From NCBI GenBank assembly GCA_016839785.1, contig JAEOTQ010000190.1, forward strand, positions 1 through 10,890: a stretch of DNA of 10,890 bases, read 5' to 3'. Both the position numbers and the translations under genes were made by a program. This stretch comes from Candidatus Hodarchaeota archaeon. GTDB taxonomy: Archaea; Asgardarchaeota; Heimdallarchaeia; Hodarchaeales; Hodarchaeaceae. The notes beneath the pieces were generated by a model. That model did not search any database, had not been told where the DNA came from, and saw nothing but the letters and a program-made list of their open reading frames with translations. Below are positions 1 through 7,248 of this stretch, in pieces. Every line of letters starts with the position of its first letter. The stretch's first letter is position 1.

Positions 1-576
1 ATTGATCTCCCAATAACTGAGAAGACATATCGGGAACCGTTAACGATGTACGGAGTGGGAAAGGTATGTACAGAAGTTTTGGGAACGTTTTACAATCGTC
101 GCAAAAATGTTAATTTCGTAACTCTCCGGTTTCCTGCTCTAGTAGGGCCAGGAAGAACGGGTGCAGGAATGACAATTTATGCTAATAATATTGTACAGTA
201 TCCAGCTCAAGGATTGAAAGCGGTCTGTAATGTAGAACCTGAAATCACCATTCCTATATTATATATCAAAGATGCAACAGTTCTGTTGGGAAGCTTACTT
301 AAGCAAGAAAACATTAACGAACAGGTATACAATCTTGATGGGTTTTGGGTATCAGCCCAAGAATTAGCTCATTTAGTCCAAAAAGAAATTCCTAATGCAG
401 TTATCGAATATGAACCAGATACCGAATTATCCTTTTTGCTTAAATTCTTGTCTATGATGGAGGGAGACGACTCATTAGTTCGCAAAGATTTAGACTTTAA
501 ACCTCAATTTAATCCTGAACAACTTGTTAAAGATTTTATTTCCGAAGTTCAGAAAAATCCTCACTATCATGTTTAG
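1..576 (+). CDS. NAD-dependent epimerase/dehydratase (extended SDR), L-threonine 3-dehydrogenase-like; 5' truncated by window edge
   Basis: The frame is open from base 1 (IDLPITEKTYREPLTMYGVGK). It carries the SDR catalytic YxxxK in a P-x-T-M-Y-G-V-x-K context, then LRFPALVGPG, LYIKD and VYNL motifs typical of the extended-SDR C-terminal half. The Rossmann GxxGxxG motif would lie upstream of the window, so ATG 46 is internal. Confidence 0.85.
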   Translation: MDLPITEKTYREPLTMYGVGKVCTEVLGTFYNRRKNVNFVTLRFPALVGPGRTGAGMTIYANNIVQYPAQGLKAVCNVEPEITIPILYIKDATVLLGSLLKQENINEQVYNLDGFWVSAQELAHLVQKEIPNAVIEYEPDTELSFLLKFLSMMEGDDSLVRKDLDFKPQFNPEQLVKDFISEVQKNPHYHV

Positions 577-595
577 AAGAACACTGGTGAAAGAA

Positions 596-1555
596 GTGGA
601 TGTTTCCACAATAAAGAAAATTGGTATAATAGGTGCGGGGGTTATGGGTCCTTCGATTGCAGAACTCTTCGCGATTTTTGGAGCCTCTTATGATTTTTCT
701 ATTGTGCTTTTTGATATTTCTTCTACTCAATTAGAGAAGGCTAAATCTCGTATGGATGTTGATTTCACTAAAGTTAGTAGTACTGGATTATTCAATACTT
801 CTGACCTCGAGGTGGCTCGTAATCGAATCCAACTAGAGAATGATATTAACTCTCTAGCAGATTCAAACCTAATCATAGAAGCAGTTCCAGAAAAACTTGA
901 ATTAAAACTTGAAGTTTTCAACCAATTAGATAAGCTCACACCTCCTTCAACTATCCTAGCTACCAATTCATCTGGACTGAGTATTACACAGATTGCGAAT
1001 GCTACAAATCGCCCTCAATTATGTATTGGAACACATTTTATGAATCCTCCTCTTCTCATGCCCCTCGTTGAAGTAGTCAAAGGAGAACAAACATCGGATC
1101 AGACTGTACAATCAATAATAGAGCTGCTAACCACTGTGAATAAGCGTCCAGTCTTGGTAAAGAAGGACATTCCTGGATATGTACATAATAGATTACAAGC
1201 AGCATTATTTAGGGAAGTTATGCACTTAGTAGACGAAGAAGTAATGGAAGTACAGGATTTAGAAACAACAGTGAAATATGGATTGGGTTTACGCTTACCT
1301 GTAATGAAAGTGTTTGAGATGGTCGATCTGATGGGATTAGACACTATTCAAAACGTTCTTACTTATATATATCCTACTTTAGATCGTTCAACTAAACCTC
1401 CTGCATTTCTAGAGCAAATGATAAAGTCTGGAGAGCTTGGTACAAAAAGTGGAAAAGGATTTCATGATTATACTCGAAAGGACATACAAGATTCCATGCG
1501 ACAAAAAGAAGCTGCTACCTTTCAACTCCTATTGATGATGCAACAATATGAATGA
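596..1555 (+). CDS. 3-hydroxyacyl-CoA dehydrogenase family protein (NAD-binding plus C-terminal dimerisation domain)
   Basis: Motifs: IGIIGAGVMG Rossmann loop, IIEAVPEKLELK, ILATNSSGL, catalytic HFMNPP...LVEVV, PGYVHNRL, DLMGLD and GELGTKSGKGFHDY. The start is placed at GTG 596 behind an SD-like GGTGA (586-590); GTG 587 is an alternative. The tracked start at 524 overlaps the upstream gene. Confidence 0.92.
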   Translation: MDVSTIKKIGIIGAGVMGPSIAELFAIFGASYDFSIVLFDISSTQLEKAKSRMDVDFTKVSSTGLFNTSDLEVARNRIQLENDINSLADSNLIIEAVPEKLELKLEVFNQLDKLTPPSTILATNSSGLSITQIANATNRPQLCIGTHFMNPPLLMPLVEVVKGEQTSDQTVQSIIELLTTVNKRPVLVKKDIPGYVHNRLQAALFREVMHLVDEEVMEVQDLETTVKYGLGLRLPVMKVFEMVDLMGLDTIQNVLTYIYPTLDRSTKPPAFLEQMIKSGELGTKSGKGFHDYTRKDIQDSMRQKEAATFQLLLMMQQYE

Positions 1556-1620
1556 ACAGAAGTATGGTTTATTATATCTTGCACCACTAAAACTGTTCAA
1601 ATAATTGAAATATGGCATAA

Positions 1621-1641
1621 CTCAACTTCTGAGCCTTTTTT
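1621..1641 (+). terminator. possible terminator of the dehydrogenase pair
   Basis: Small dyad CTCA-ACTTC-TGAG (1621-1633) followed by T6 (1636-1641), about 65 nt after the stop codon. Confidence 0.35.
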
Positions 1642-1670
1642 CAATATGACCATCCAAATGTTATTGAAAA
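1638..1670. promoter_or_regulatory. inverted repeat upstream of the SBP-receptor operon, candidate operator
   Basis: TTTTCAATA (1638-1646), 15-nt spacer, TATTGAAAA (1662-1670). A second dyad TTCAA-ATAA-TTGAA at 1596-1609 uses the same half-site. Confidence 0.35.
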
Positions 1671-1768
1671 GTTAATAAATTGGTGTGGATTGACTAACAA
1701 TAGTACAATTAAATAGTATTATGTTATTCATTGTTTTATTATTAAACTAATCAAAAGTGGAGTTATTT

Positions 1769-3694
1769 ATGGGAGAAAGAAATTTACTTCGATTGGGAGA
1801 GATTATAGCCCTATTAACCATATTTTTTGTCCATAATATTACTATGTTGCCAGCGAGTACTAATAATGTTATGTGGTCTAGTGATTTCCGGCCTCAGGGA
1901 GGATACTTGGATGAAATAATGATCAAAGTATATAGTAATTTCTCTCAAGCGATCGAAGCACTTCAGAAGGGCGAAATAGATGCTTATGATTACGAGGTGT
2001 TTCCTGAATATGAACTTGATCTTCGTCATAATCCAAACATCAGTGTGAGCTATAGTCCAAGTGCAAGCTACAGGACGTTTATTTTGAATTGCGAACGATT
2101 TCCCACCAATATCACCGCGTTTCGTCGTGCAATGGCTTTTGGTATGGATAAATACAAGGCTACAGAGGAGATTATGGGAGATCTGGGAACACCATTAGAT
2201 AGTTATATTCCTCCAGCTCTAACGGAATGGGAAGTCGAGAGTGTTTTAGAAACCCGCTTCTATGATGCGGATTTCATTTCTGGGAATGCATCTCTGGAGG
2301 CTGCTGGATTCAAAGACTTGGATGACGATGGTTGGCGTGAATACGATGCAAACAGTAATGGTGAGTGGGATGCCGACGTAGATTTGGACGATAATGATCC
2401 ACTTCTTGTAATCAATATCATGGCGTCAACTGGATTGGACATCGCTATTATTACCTCTGAAGTACTTCGTGATGGTTTAGCAAAAATGGGTATCCGTTCT
2501 AGGGTTGAGGAGGTAGATTGGTCAGGACCTTATTGGCCAAAGGTTTTTGCTGGTGATTATTGGGTCGCATGTTATGAACTCACATTTAAACCTACGTTTT
2601 TACCCCCTAAAGCCCTATATACCGACTATCATTCTGATGGAGAGTGGAATCCAGTTCTTCATCGTTTCTATAACACTACTATCGATTCTGTTCTTGATAA
2701 GATGCTAGCAGCAACCGCTGTTACTGATATAAAGAAATACTCCCGTGAAGCTGCACAACTACTGGCTTATGAACAGCCTGAAATTCCCATCTATAGTCCT
2801 TTAACCATTAATGCTTACCGTAATGATAAATTTGAGGGTTTTCTAGAGTTCGCGGGAAGGGGTACCGCTAGTACAGCCAACCCTTACGTAGCAACGAAAG
2901 TTCACCTAAAGGAATCCAAAGGGGGTCTTTACGGTGGAATGCTTACTTATTCTGCAATGGATGATATTTCGAACAGAAATCCTTTTAGATTCCCAGATCT
3001 TATTGGTGTCAGGGCCTTCATTGAAAACTCTATCTACGGAGGCCTTTGGCAACCAGATCCAACCACGTGGGATCCAATCCCAAATTTGGCTTGGAACTGG
3101 GAGACCGAACCAACAACGGTTCAAGTTGTTGCTGGTATTCAAGCTGGTCAAAAGTTTACCTTTTACTTATACAAAAATGCTACTTGGCATGATGGTCAAC
3201 CTGTTACCTCAAAAGATGTCAAGTTTTCCTTTGAACTTCCCCGGAATTATTATTATCCTGATGTTTTTTTTGTTCCTGTAGATATTAATGATATTTATCG
3301 TATTGATACCCCTGATAATTATACAGTTGAACTCTATGTCAATAGAACTGATATCTTTGCGTGGATCGATATTACTAGTTATTCACGGATTCTCCCGTGG
3401 CATATTTGGAAGGATGTGGAAAATCTTACGGCCTTTGAACCCACTGAAGCACAAGTAATAGGTTTTGGCCCTTACAAGTGGAATGAACGTGTACCAGGCC
3501 AATATGTCAGCCTATTGCGCCACGAGAACTGGCATTTTTCTATATGTGATGAAGCTGGACCATCAACAACTTCTTCACAAGAGAGTACTACTTCCAAAGA
3601 TTCATATGGATTTGAATTTATTTCAATATTTACTATAGTAGGAATTGCTCTCATTTATATCAATCGAAGAAGAAAATGGTGGAATAAATCTTAA
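1769..3694 (+). CDS. ABC transporter substrate-binding protein, family 5 (OppA/DppA-like), permuted domain order, C-terminally anchored
   Basis: N-terminal hydrophobic signal. SBP_bac_5 motifs: YLDEIMIKVY..ALQKGEIDA, FRRAMAFGMDK, PNLAWNWE..FTFYLYKNATWHDGQPVTSKDVKFSF and IGFGPYK..VPGQYVSLLRHENW. Ser/Thr linker, then YGF, TM helix and RRRK tail. ATG 1769 follows GGAG (1759-1762); GTG 1757 is an alternative start. Confidence 0.9.
   Translation: MGERNLLRLGEIIALLTIFFVHNITMLPASTNNVMWSSDFRPQGGYLDEIMIKVYSNFSQAIEALQKGEIDAYDYEVFPEYELDLRHNPNISVSYSPSASYRTFILNCERFPTNITAFRRAMAFGMDKYKATEEIMGDLGTPLDSYIPPALTEWEVESVLETRFYDADFISGNASLEAAGFKDLDDDGWREYDANSNGEWDADVDLDDNDPLLVINIMASTGLDIAIITSEVLRDGLAKMGIRSRVEEVDWSGPYWPKVFAGDYWVACYELTFKPTFLPPKALYTDYHSDGEWNPVLHRFYNTTIDSVLDKMLAATAVTDIKKYSREAAQLLAYEQPEIPIYSPLTINAYRNDKFEGFLEFAGRGTASTANPYVATKVHLKESKGGLYGGMLTYSAMDDISNRNPFRFPDLIGVRAFIENSIYGGLWQPDPTTWDPIPNLAWNWETEPTTVQVVAGIQAGQKFTFYLYKNATWHDGQPVTSKDVKFSFELPRNYYYPDVFFVPVDINDIYRIDTPDNYTVELYVNRTDIFAWIDITSYSRILPWHIWKDVENLTAFEPTEAQVIGFGPYKWNERVPGQYVSLLRHENWHFSICDEAGPSTTSSQESTTSKDSYGFEFISIFTIVGIALIYINRRRKWWNKS
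3557..3694 (+). other. PGF-CTERM-like C-terminal sorting/anchoring signal
   Basis: GPSTTSSQESTTSKDS linker, then YGFE, hydrophobic FISIFTIVGIALIYI and basic NRRRK. This is the tripartite layout of archaeosortase substrates. Confidence 0.65.
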
Positions 3695-3702
3695 ACTGAT
3701 AT

Positions 3703-6700
3703 ATGGAACACAGGAACTCCAATAAGGATTCATTGCTAATGCTAACGCAAGAACAAGGAATATTGGTATTATTGTTATTACCTGTTATTATCATCCCTAA
3801 TATATCGTGCATACTTGGAGGTAGTAAAACCTACGAAAGTTTTCATCAAGAAGTAAAATTCATTCCCCAACAACCTGAAATATTCCAAGATATTTCCTTA
3901 GTAAATCCTGATTCTGGAACCGCTTTTTCTCATTTAATTGGACAACCTGGTTCGATTCATTCAGTTGTTTTTTCGCCAGATGAGAGGATAGTGGCCTCTG
4001 GGAGTACTGATGGCAATATCAAGCTGTGGGATGTGATTACAGGAGATGAGTTACCACTCGACTTGACAGGACATAGAAAAACAGTGAATTCGCTTGCTTT
4101 CTCCCCTGACGGGACAATTCTAGCTTCAGGGAGTGGTGATTCCTACATTTGTCTCTGGGATGTATCAACTGGAAAATTGATCCAAAATCTCTCTGGCCAT
4201 ACAAAAGCTGTATATTCCGTTGTATTTTCTCCAGATGGGACTACCCTCATCTCAGGGAGTTTAGATACTACCATTAAGCTGTGGAATGTTACTAGTGGAG
4301 AAGAATGGCCATTTTTGTTAGAACACCCCACTCCCGTCTTTTCAGTTGCTGTTTCACCAAACAGGGAAATTCTTGCCTCGGGTGGTGGAGATGGAACTAT
4401 TTACCTCTGGAATTCCACAAGTGGAAAAAGGCTACTAGACTTGACTGAGTCAACAGATGATGTAGTATCAGTTGTCTTCTCACCTGATGGAACTCTCCTC
4501 GCTTCGGGAAGTGCTGTAGGAACCATTACACTTTGGGACATAACTACTGAAGGAACGCGCCCATCAGTTCTAACAGAATCTGAAGGACAATTATTTTCAC
4601 TTGCTTTCTCGCCAATTAGAAAAATTATCGCTTCAAGCTCAGAAAATGGTGTTATTCACCTAAGGAATGCAACTTTTGGTGGAGGAGAATTATTATTAGA
4701 TCTAATAGAACAGGGAGGGGCTGTGTTTTCAGTTACTTTTTCACCTGATGGGACAATCCTCGCCTCGGGAGGTGCTGATGGTGTCATTAGACTATGGAAC
4801 GTGGTTTTTGAGGAAGAAATCCAGACTCTCTTAGGACATGAAGAGGGTGTGATGTCAGTCGATTTTTCCCTTAACGGAACGCTTGCTTCCGGTAGTGCGG
4901 ACAATACAATCAAGCTTTGGAATGTGAGTACTGGACGAGTGACTCAAAACTTGACTGGACATACTGATGATGTCTTAACAGTCACTTTCTCACCGAATGG
5001 AACCCTCCTCGCCTCAGGAAGTGCAGATAACACAATCAGACTTTGGAATATGAAGACTAGAAATGTGAGTCAAGTCACACCAGGGCATCTAGAAGATGTT
5101 TTATCAGTCTCTTTTTCTCCAAATAATACAATCTTAGCCTCAGGATGTGCTGATGGCACCATTAAACTTTGGAATATTAATACTAGAACTTGGAAAGACC
5201 TTCTGGGGTATGGTTCTTCAGTAGAGTCAGTCGTATTTTCTCCAAATGGATCACTCCTTGCATCAGGTAGTAGTGCTGATACCAATATTACACTTTGGAA
5301 TCTCGATTCTGGCACCTCGAAAGAGCTCTCAGGACATATTTCTCCCGTAAAGTCAGTTGCTTTTTCTCCAAATGGGTCATTACTTGCTTCAGGTGGCGTA
5401 GATGGTTCATTAAAACTTTGGAGTATTGACAAAGGAGAAGCTATGTGGCGTGATCTTACAGGCCATGAAACAAGTGTTAGGTCTGTTACATTTTCTCCAA
5501 ATGGGTCACTTCTTGCTTCTGCAGCTGCAGATGGGACTATAAAGCTCTGGAACGCGACAACAGCAGCTTTAATTCAGATTTTGATCGGGAAATCTGATGG
5601 TATCCGATCAATCGCCTTTTCCCCTGATGGAAGACTCCTAGCCTCAGGGAATACCAATCGTACTATTCAACTTTGGCCTGTTGTTTCGATGCAGTTTGAT
5701 ACTGATATAGACGGAATGTTGGATACTTGGGAACTTCAATATGGATTAAATCCAGTTATTTTTATCGACAAGTTCGATGACAATGATAATGATGGACTGA
5801 TCAATAGTCTGGAGTTTTTTCTAGAAACTGATCCTCTTAACAGTGACTCTGATGATGATGGTTTGCCAGATAACTGGGAATATTTGGGAGGTTTAGCTCC
5901 TACAGTTACTAATCCTAATGATGATAACGATATGGATGGTTTACCAGCATATTATGAGTACCAGATGGGTTTGAATCCCCGGATAAATGATGCTGCTTTT
6001 GATAAAGACAACGATAGTTTAACCAACCTGCAAGAGTATCAGTTTGGAAGTTGGGCCAATCAGACTGATAGTGATCTGGATGGTATGCCTGACTGGTGGG
6101 AATTCAAATATACTGATGCTTTTTATAGCTTTAACCCTAGGAACGGTTCTGATGCCATAGATGATCCAGATATCGATTGGGTGAGTAATCTCGATGAATT
6201 TAAAGGACGAAGTAATCCCCGAGATTTCTGGAGTGTCCCTCTTTTTACCTTCAGTGCTTTCCTCGCCATCAGAATAATGATTCTTCTCATTATAGCAGTT
6301 TTAGGTATTCTTCTCATTATAAATTCTAGAAGAAAGACTCAGAAAGCGTTAATAACCCACTTTAAGGCACCTGATTATCCAACAGCCTTGAAAATACGTA
6401 AATCCAAGTACAAAGATTATACTGCTTTTCTTCAAGCAGGAGAAGATGCTAAAAAGTTGAAAAGACTAGGTAATTCAGTATATTTTCAAGGAAAATTTAG
6501 TGAAGCCTTCAATCACTATGATCAGGCCCTGACTATTTTTGAACGCCTTGATAATCTCTCATTAATTGCTGAAACCATATTTAAGATAGTATGGGTACAA
6601 AAAGAAAACCAGACTTTAACTGCTAAAAGCTCCGTCCTAGATCGATTCCCAAAGCAACCTTTTAGTAATTCTATTGCTAATGTATTTAATCAGATGGTTC

Positions 6701-7221
6701 AAGCCCTGATCGCTGAAACAGAAAAGAGATGGGAAGCTGCAGAGAAATTATGGACAGCTGCTCTTCAAACGGAAGGATTAGGAGTAGAATATCAGTTACT
6801 TTGTGAGGGAGCTTTAGTGAGATCTGAATTCAGGAATTGGCTTATTAATCCAGTAGATCCTATTAAAGAAAGAATGAAATCTCGGTTAATGGAGTGGCAA
6901 AAGGCTTCGGAAAACCACCAATTCTTTGATATGATGTGTGAGGCCTATTTACTCCATGCAAGAATTGCCATTGCTTCTTTTCAATTTGAAGAAGTTGAAG
7001 AGTGGTTATCGCTCTGTTCAACAACAGCTGCAACAGCAGGATTAACTATTTATCTGAATAAAGTTGATTCTGAGTTCGAGGCGTTTCTGCAACATAAACA
7101 AAGAGTGTTTCACCTTTTAAAAGAAGAAAAAACACTTTCACAAGAGGAACAAATAAAAATTATACAGAGTTATTTACGTAAGGTTCAACAGATAGTTAAG
7201 GATGAAGAGAATGAATCTTAA
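3703..7221 (+). CDS. single-pass membrane protein: signal segment, 14 WD40 repeats, 7 DxDxDG (TSP3-like) Ca-binding motifs, TM helix, TPR/alpha-helical tail
   Basis: Hydrophobic GILVLLLLPVIII near the N-terminus. 14 GH..V.S..FSP[DN]G..LASGS.D.TI.LW[DN] repeats (3937-5676). Seven DxDxD[GSW]xxxxxE motifs (5698-6198). TM segment AFLAIRIMILLIIAVLGILLII followed by SRRK (about 6256-6336). TPR-like LGNSVYFQGKFSEAFNHYDQALTIFERL from about 6448. Confidence 0.9.
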   Translation: MEHRNSNKDSLLMLTQEQGILVLLLLPVIIIPNISCILGGSKTYESFHQEVKFIPQQPEIFQDISLVNPDSGTAFSHLIGQPGSIHSVVFSPDERIVASGSTDGNIKLWDVITGDELPLDLTGHRKTVNSLAFSPDGTILASGSGDSYICLWDVSTGKLIQNLSGHTKAVYSVVFSPDGTTLISGSLDTTIKLWNVTSGEEWPFLLEHPTPVFSVAVSPNREILASGGGDGTIYLWNSTSGKRLLDLTESTDDVVSVVFSPDGTLLASGSAVGTITLWDITTEGTRPSVLTESEGQLFSLAFSPIRKIIASSSENGVIHLRNATFGGGELLLDLIEQGGAVFSVTFSPDGTILASGGADGVIRLWNVVFEEEIQTLLGHEEGVMSVDFSLNGTLASGSADNTIKLWNVSTGRVTQNLTGHTDDVLTVTFSPNGTLLASGSADNTIRLWNMKTRNVSQVTPGHLEDVLSVSFSPNNTILASGCADGTIKLWNINTRTWKDLLGYGSSVESVVFSPNGSLLASGSSADTNITLWNLDSGTSKELSGHISPVKSVAFSPNGSLLASGGVDGSLKLWSIDKGEAMWRDLTGHETSVRSVTFSPNGSLLASAAADGTIKLWNATTAALIQILIGKSDGIRSIAFSPDGRLLASGNTNRTIQLWPVVSMQFDTDIDGMLDTWELQYGLNPVIFIDKFDDNDNDGLINSLEFFLETDPLNSDSDDDGLPDNWEYLGGLAPTVTNPNDDNDMDGLPAYYEYQMGLNPRINDAAFDKDNDSLTNLQEYQFGSWANQTDSDLDGMPDWWEFKYTDAFYSFNPRNGSDAIDDPDIDWVSNLDEFKGRSNPRDFWSVPLFTFSAFLAIRIMILLIIAVLGILLIINSRRKTQKALITHFKAPDYPTALKIRKSKYKDYTAFLQAGEDAKKLKRLGNSVYFQGKFSEAFNHYDQALTIFERLDNLSLIAETIFKIVWVQKENQTLTAKSSVLDRFPKQPFSNSIANVFNQMVQALIAETEKRWEAAEKLWTAALQTEGLGVEYQLLCEGALVRSEFRNWLINPVDPIKERMKSRLMEWQKASENHQFFDMMCEAYLLHARIAIASFQFEEVEEWLSLCSTTAATAGLTIYLNKVDSEFEAFLQHKQRVFHLLKEEKTLSQEEQIKIIQSYLRKVQQIVKDEENES
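3937..5676 (+). repeat. 14 tandem WD40 repeats (about 41-44 aa each; two 7-bladed propellers predicted)
   Basis: Counted by hand in the translation. Repeats 1-7 start at 3937 and repeats 8-14 start at 4831. Confidence 0.9.
5698..6198 (+). repeat. seven acidic Ca-binding repeats (bacterial TSP3-like, Dx[DN]xDG)
   Basis: DTDIDGMLDTWE, DNDNDGLINSLE, DSDDDGLPDNWE, DNDMDGLPAYYE, DKDNDSLTNLQE, DSDLDGMPDWWE and DPDIDWVSNLDE; most are followed by a G-L-N-P-like turn. Confidence 0.85.
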
Positions 7222-7248
7222 AAAAATTGGTTGATAGTTTTTTTTTAA
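7218..7248. terminator. bidirectional oligo-T terminator between convergent genes
   Basis: A7 at 7220-7226 (T7 on the minus strand) and T9 at 7238-7246 flank the 23-nt gap between the two stop codons. Confidence 0.6.

Noticed and set aside
524-595. N-terminal extension of the dehydrogenase ORF, and the similar extension at 8611-8739
   Set aside because: These are longest-ORF artefacts; downstream starts have SD motifs and give family-typical N-termini.
3937-5676. Periodic ~126-nt DNA repeats as a CRISPR array or DGR template/variable repeats
   Set aside because: The repeats are in-frame, degenerate and protein-coding. No cas or reverse transcriptase gene is present, and no adenine-specific mismatch pattern is evident.
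536-6317. Short nested or antisense ORFs (536-730, 727-966, 1099-1344, 1814-2029, 2260-2442, 2906-3151, 2934-3281, 3472-3654, 4143-4331, 4656-4913, 5070-5432, 6123-6317), and also 10317-10511
   Set aside because: All lie inside or across well-supported genes. The repeated PSGEK/PFGEK text in some of them is only the antisense shadow of the WD40 FSP[DN]G codons.
3703-7221. Protocoatomer (two beta-propellers plus alpha-solenoid) interpretation
   Set aside because: A Ca-binding stalk and a TM helix separate the propellers from the helical domain and put them on opposite sides of the membrane, unlike soluble coat proteins.
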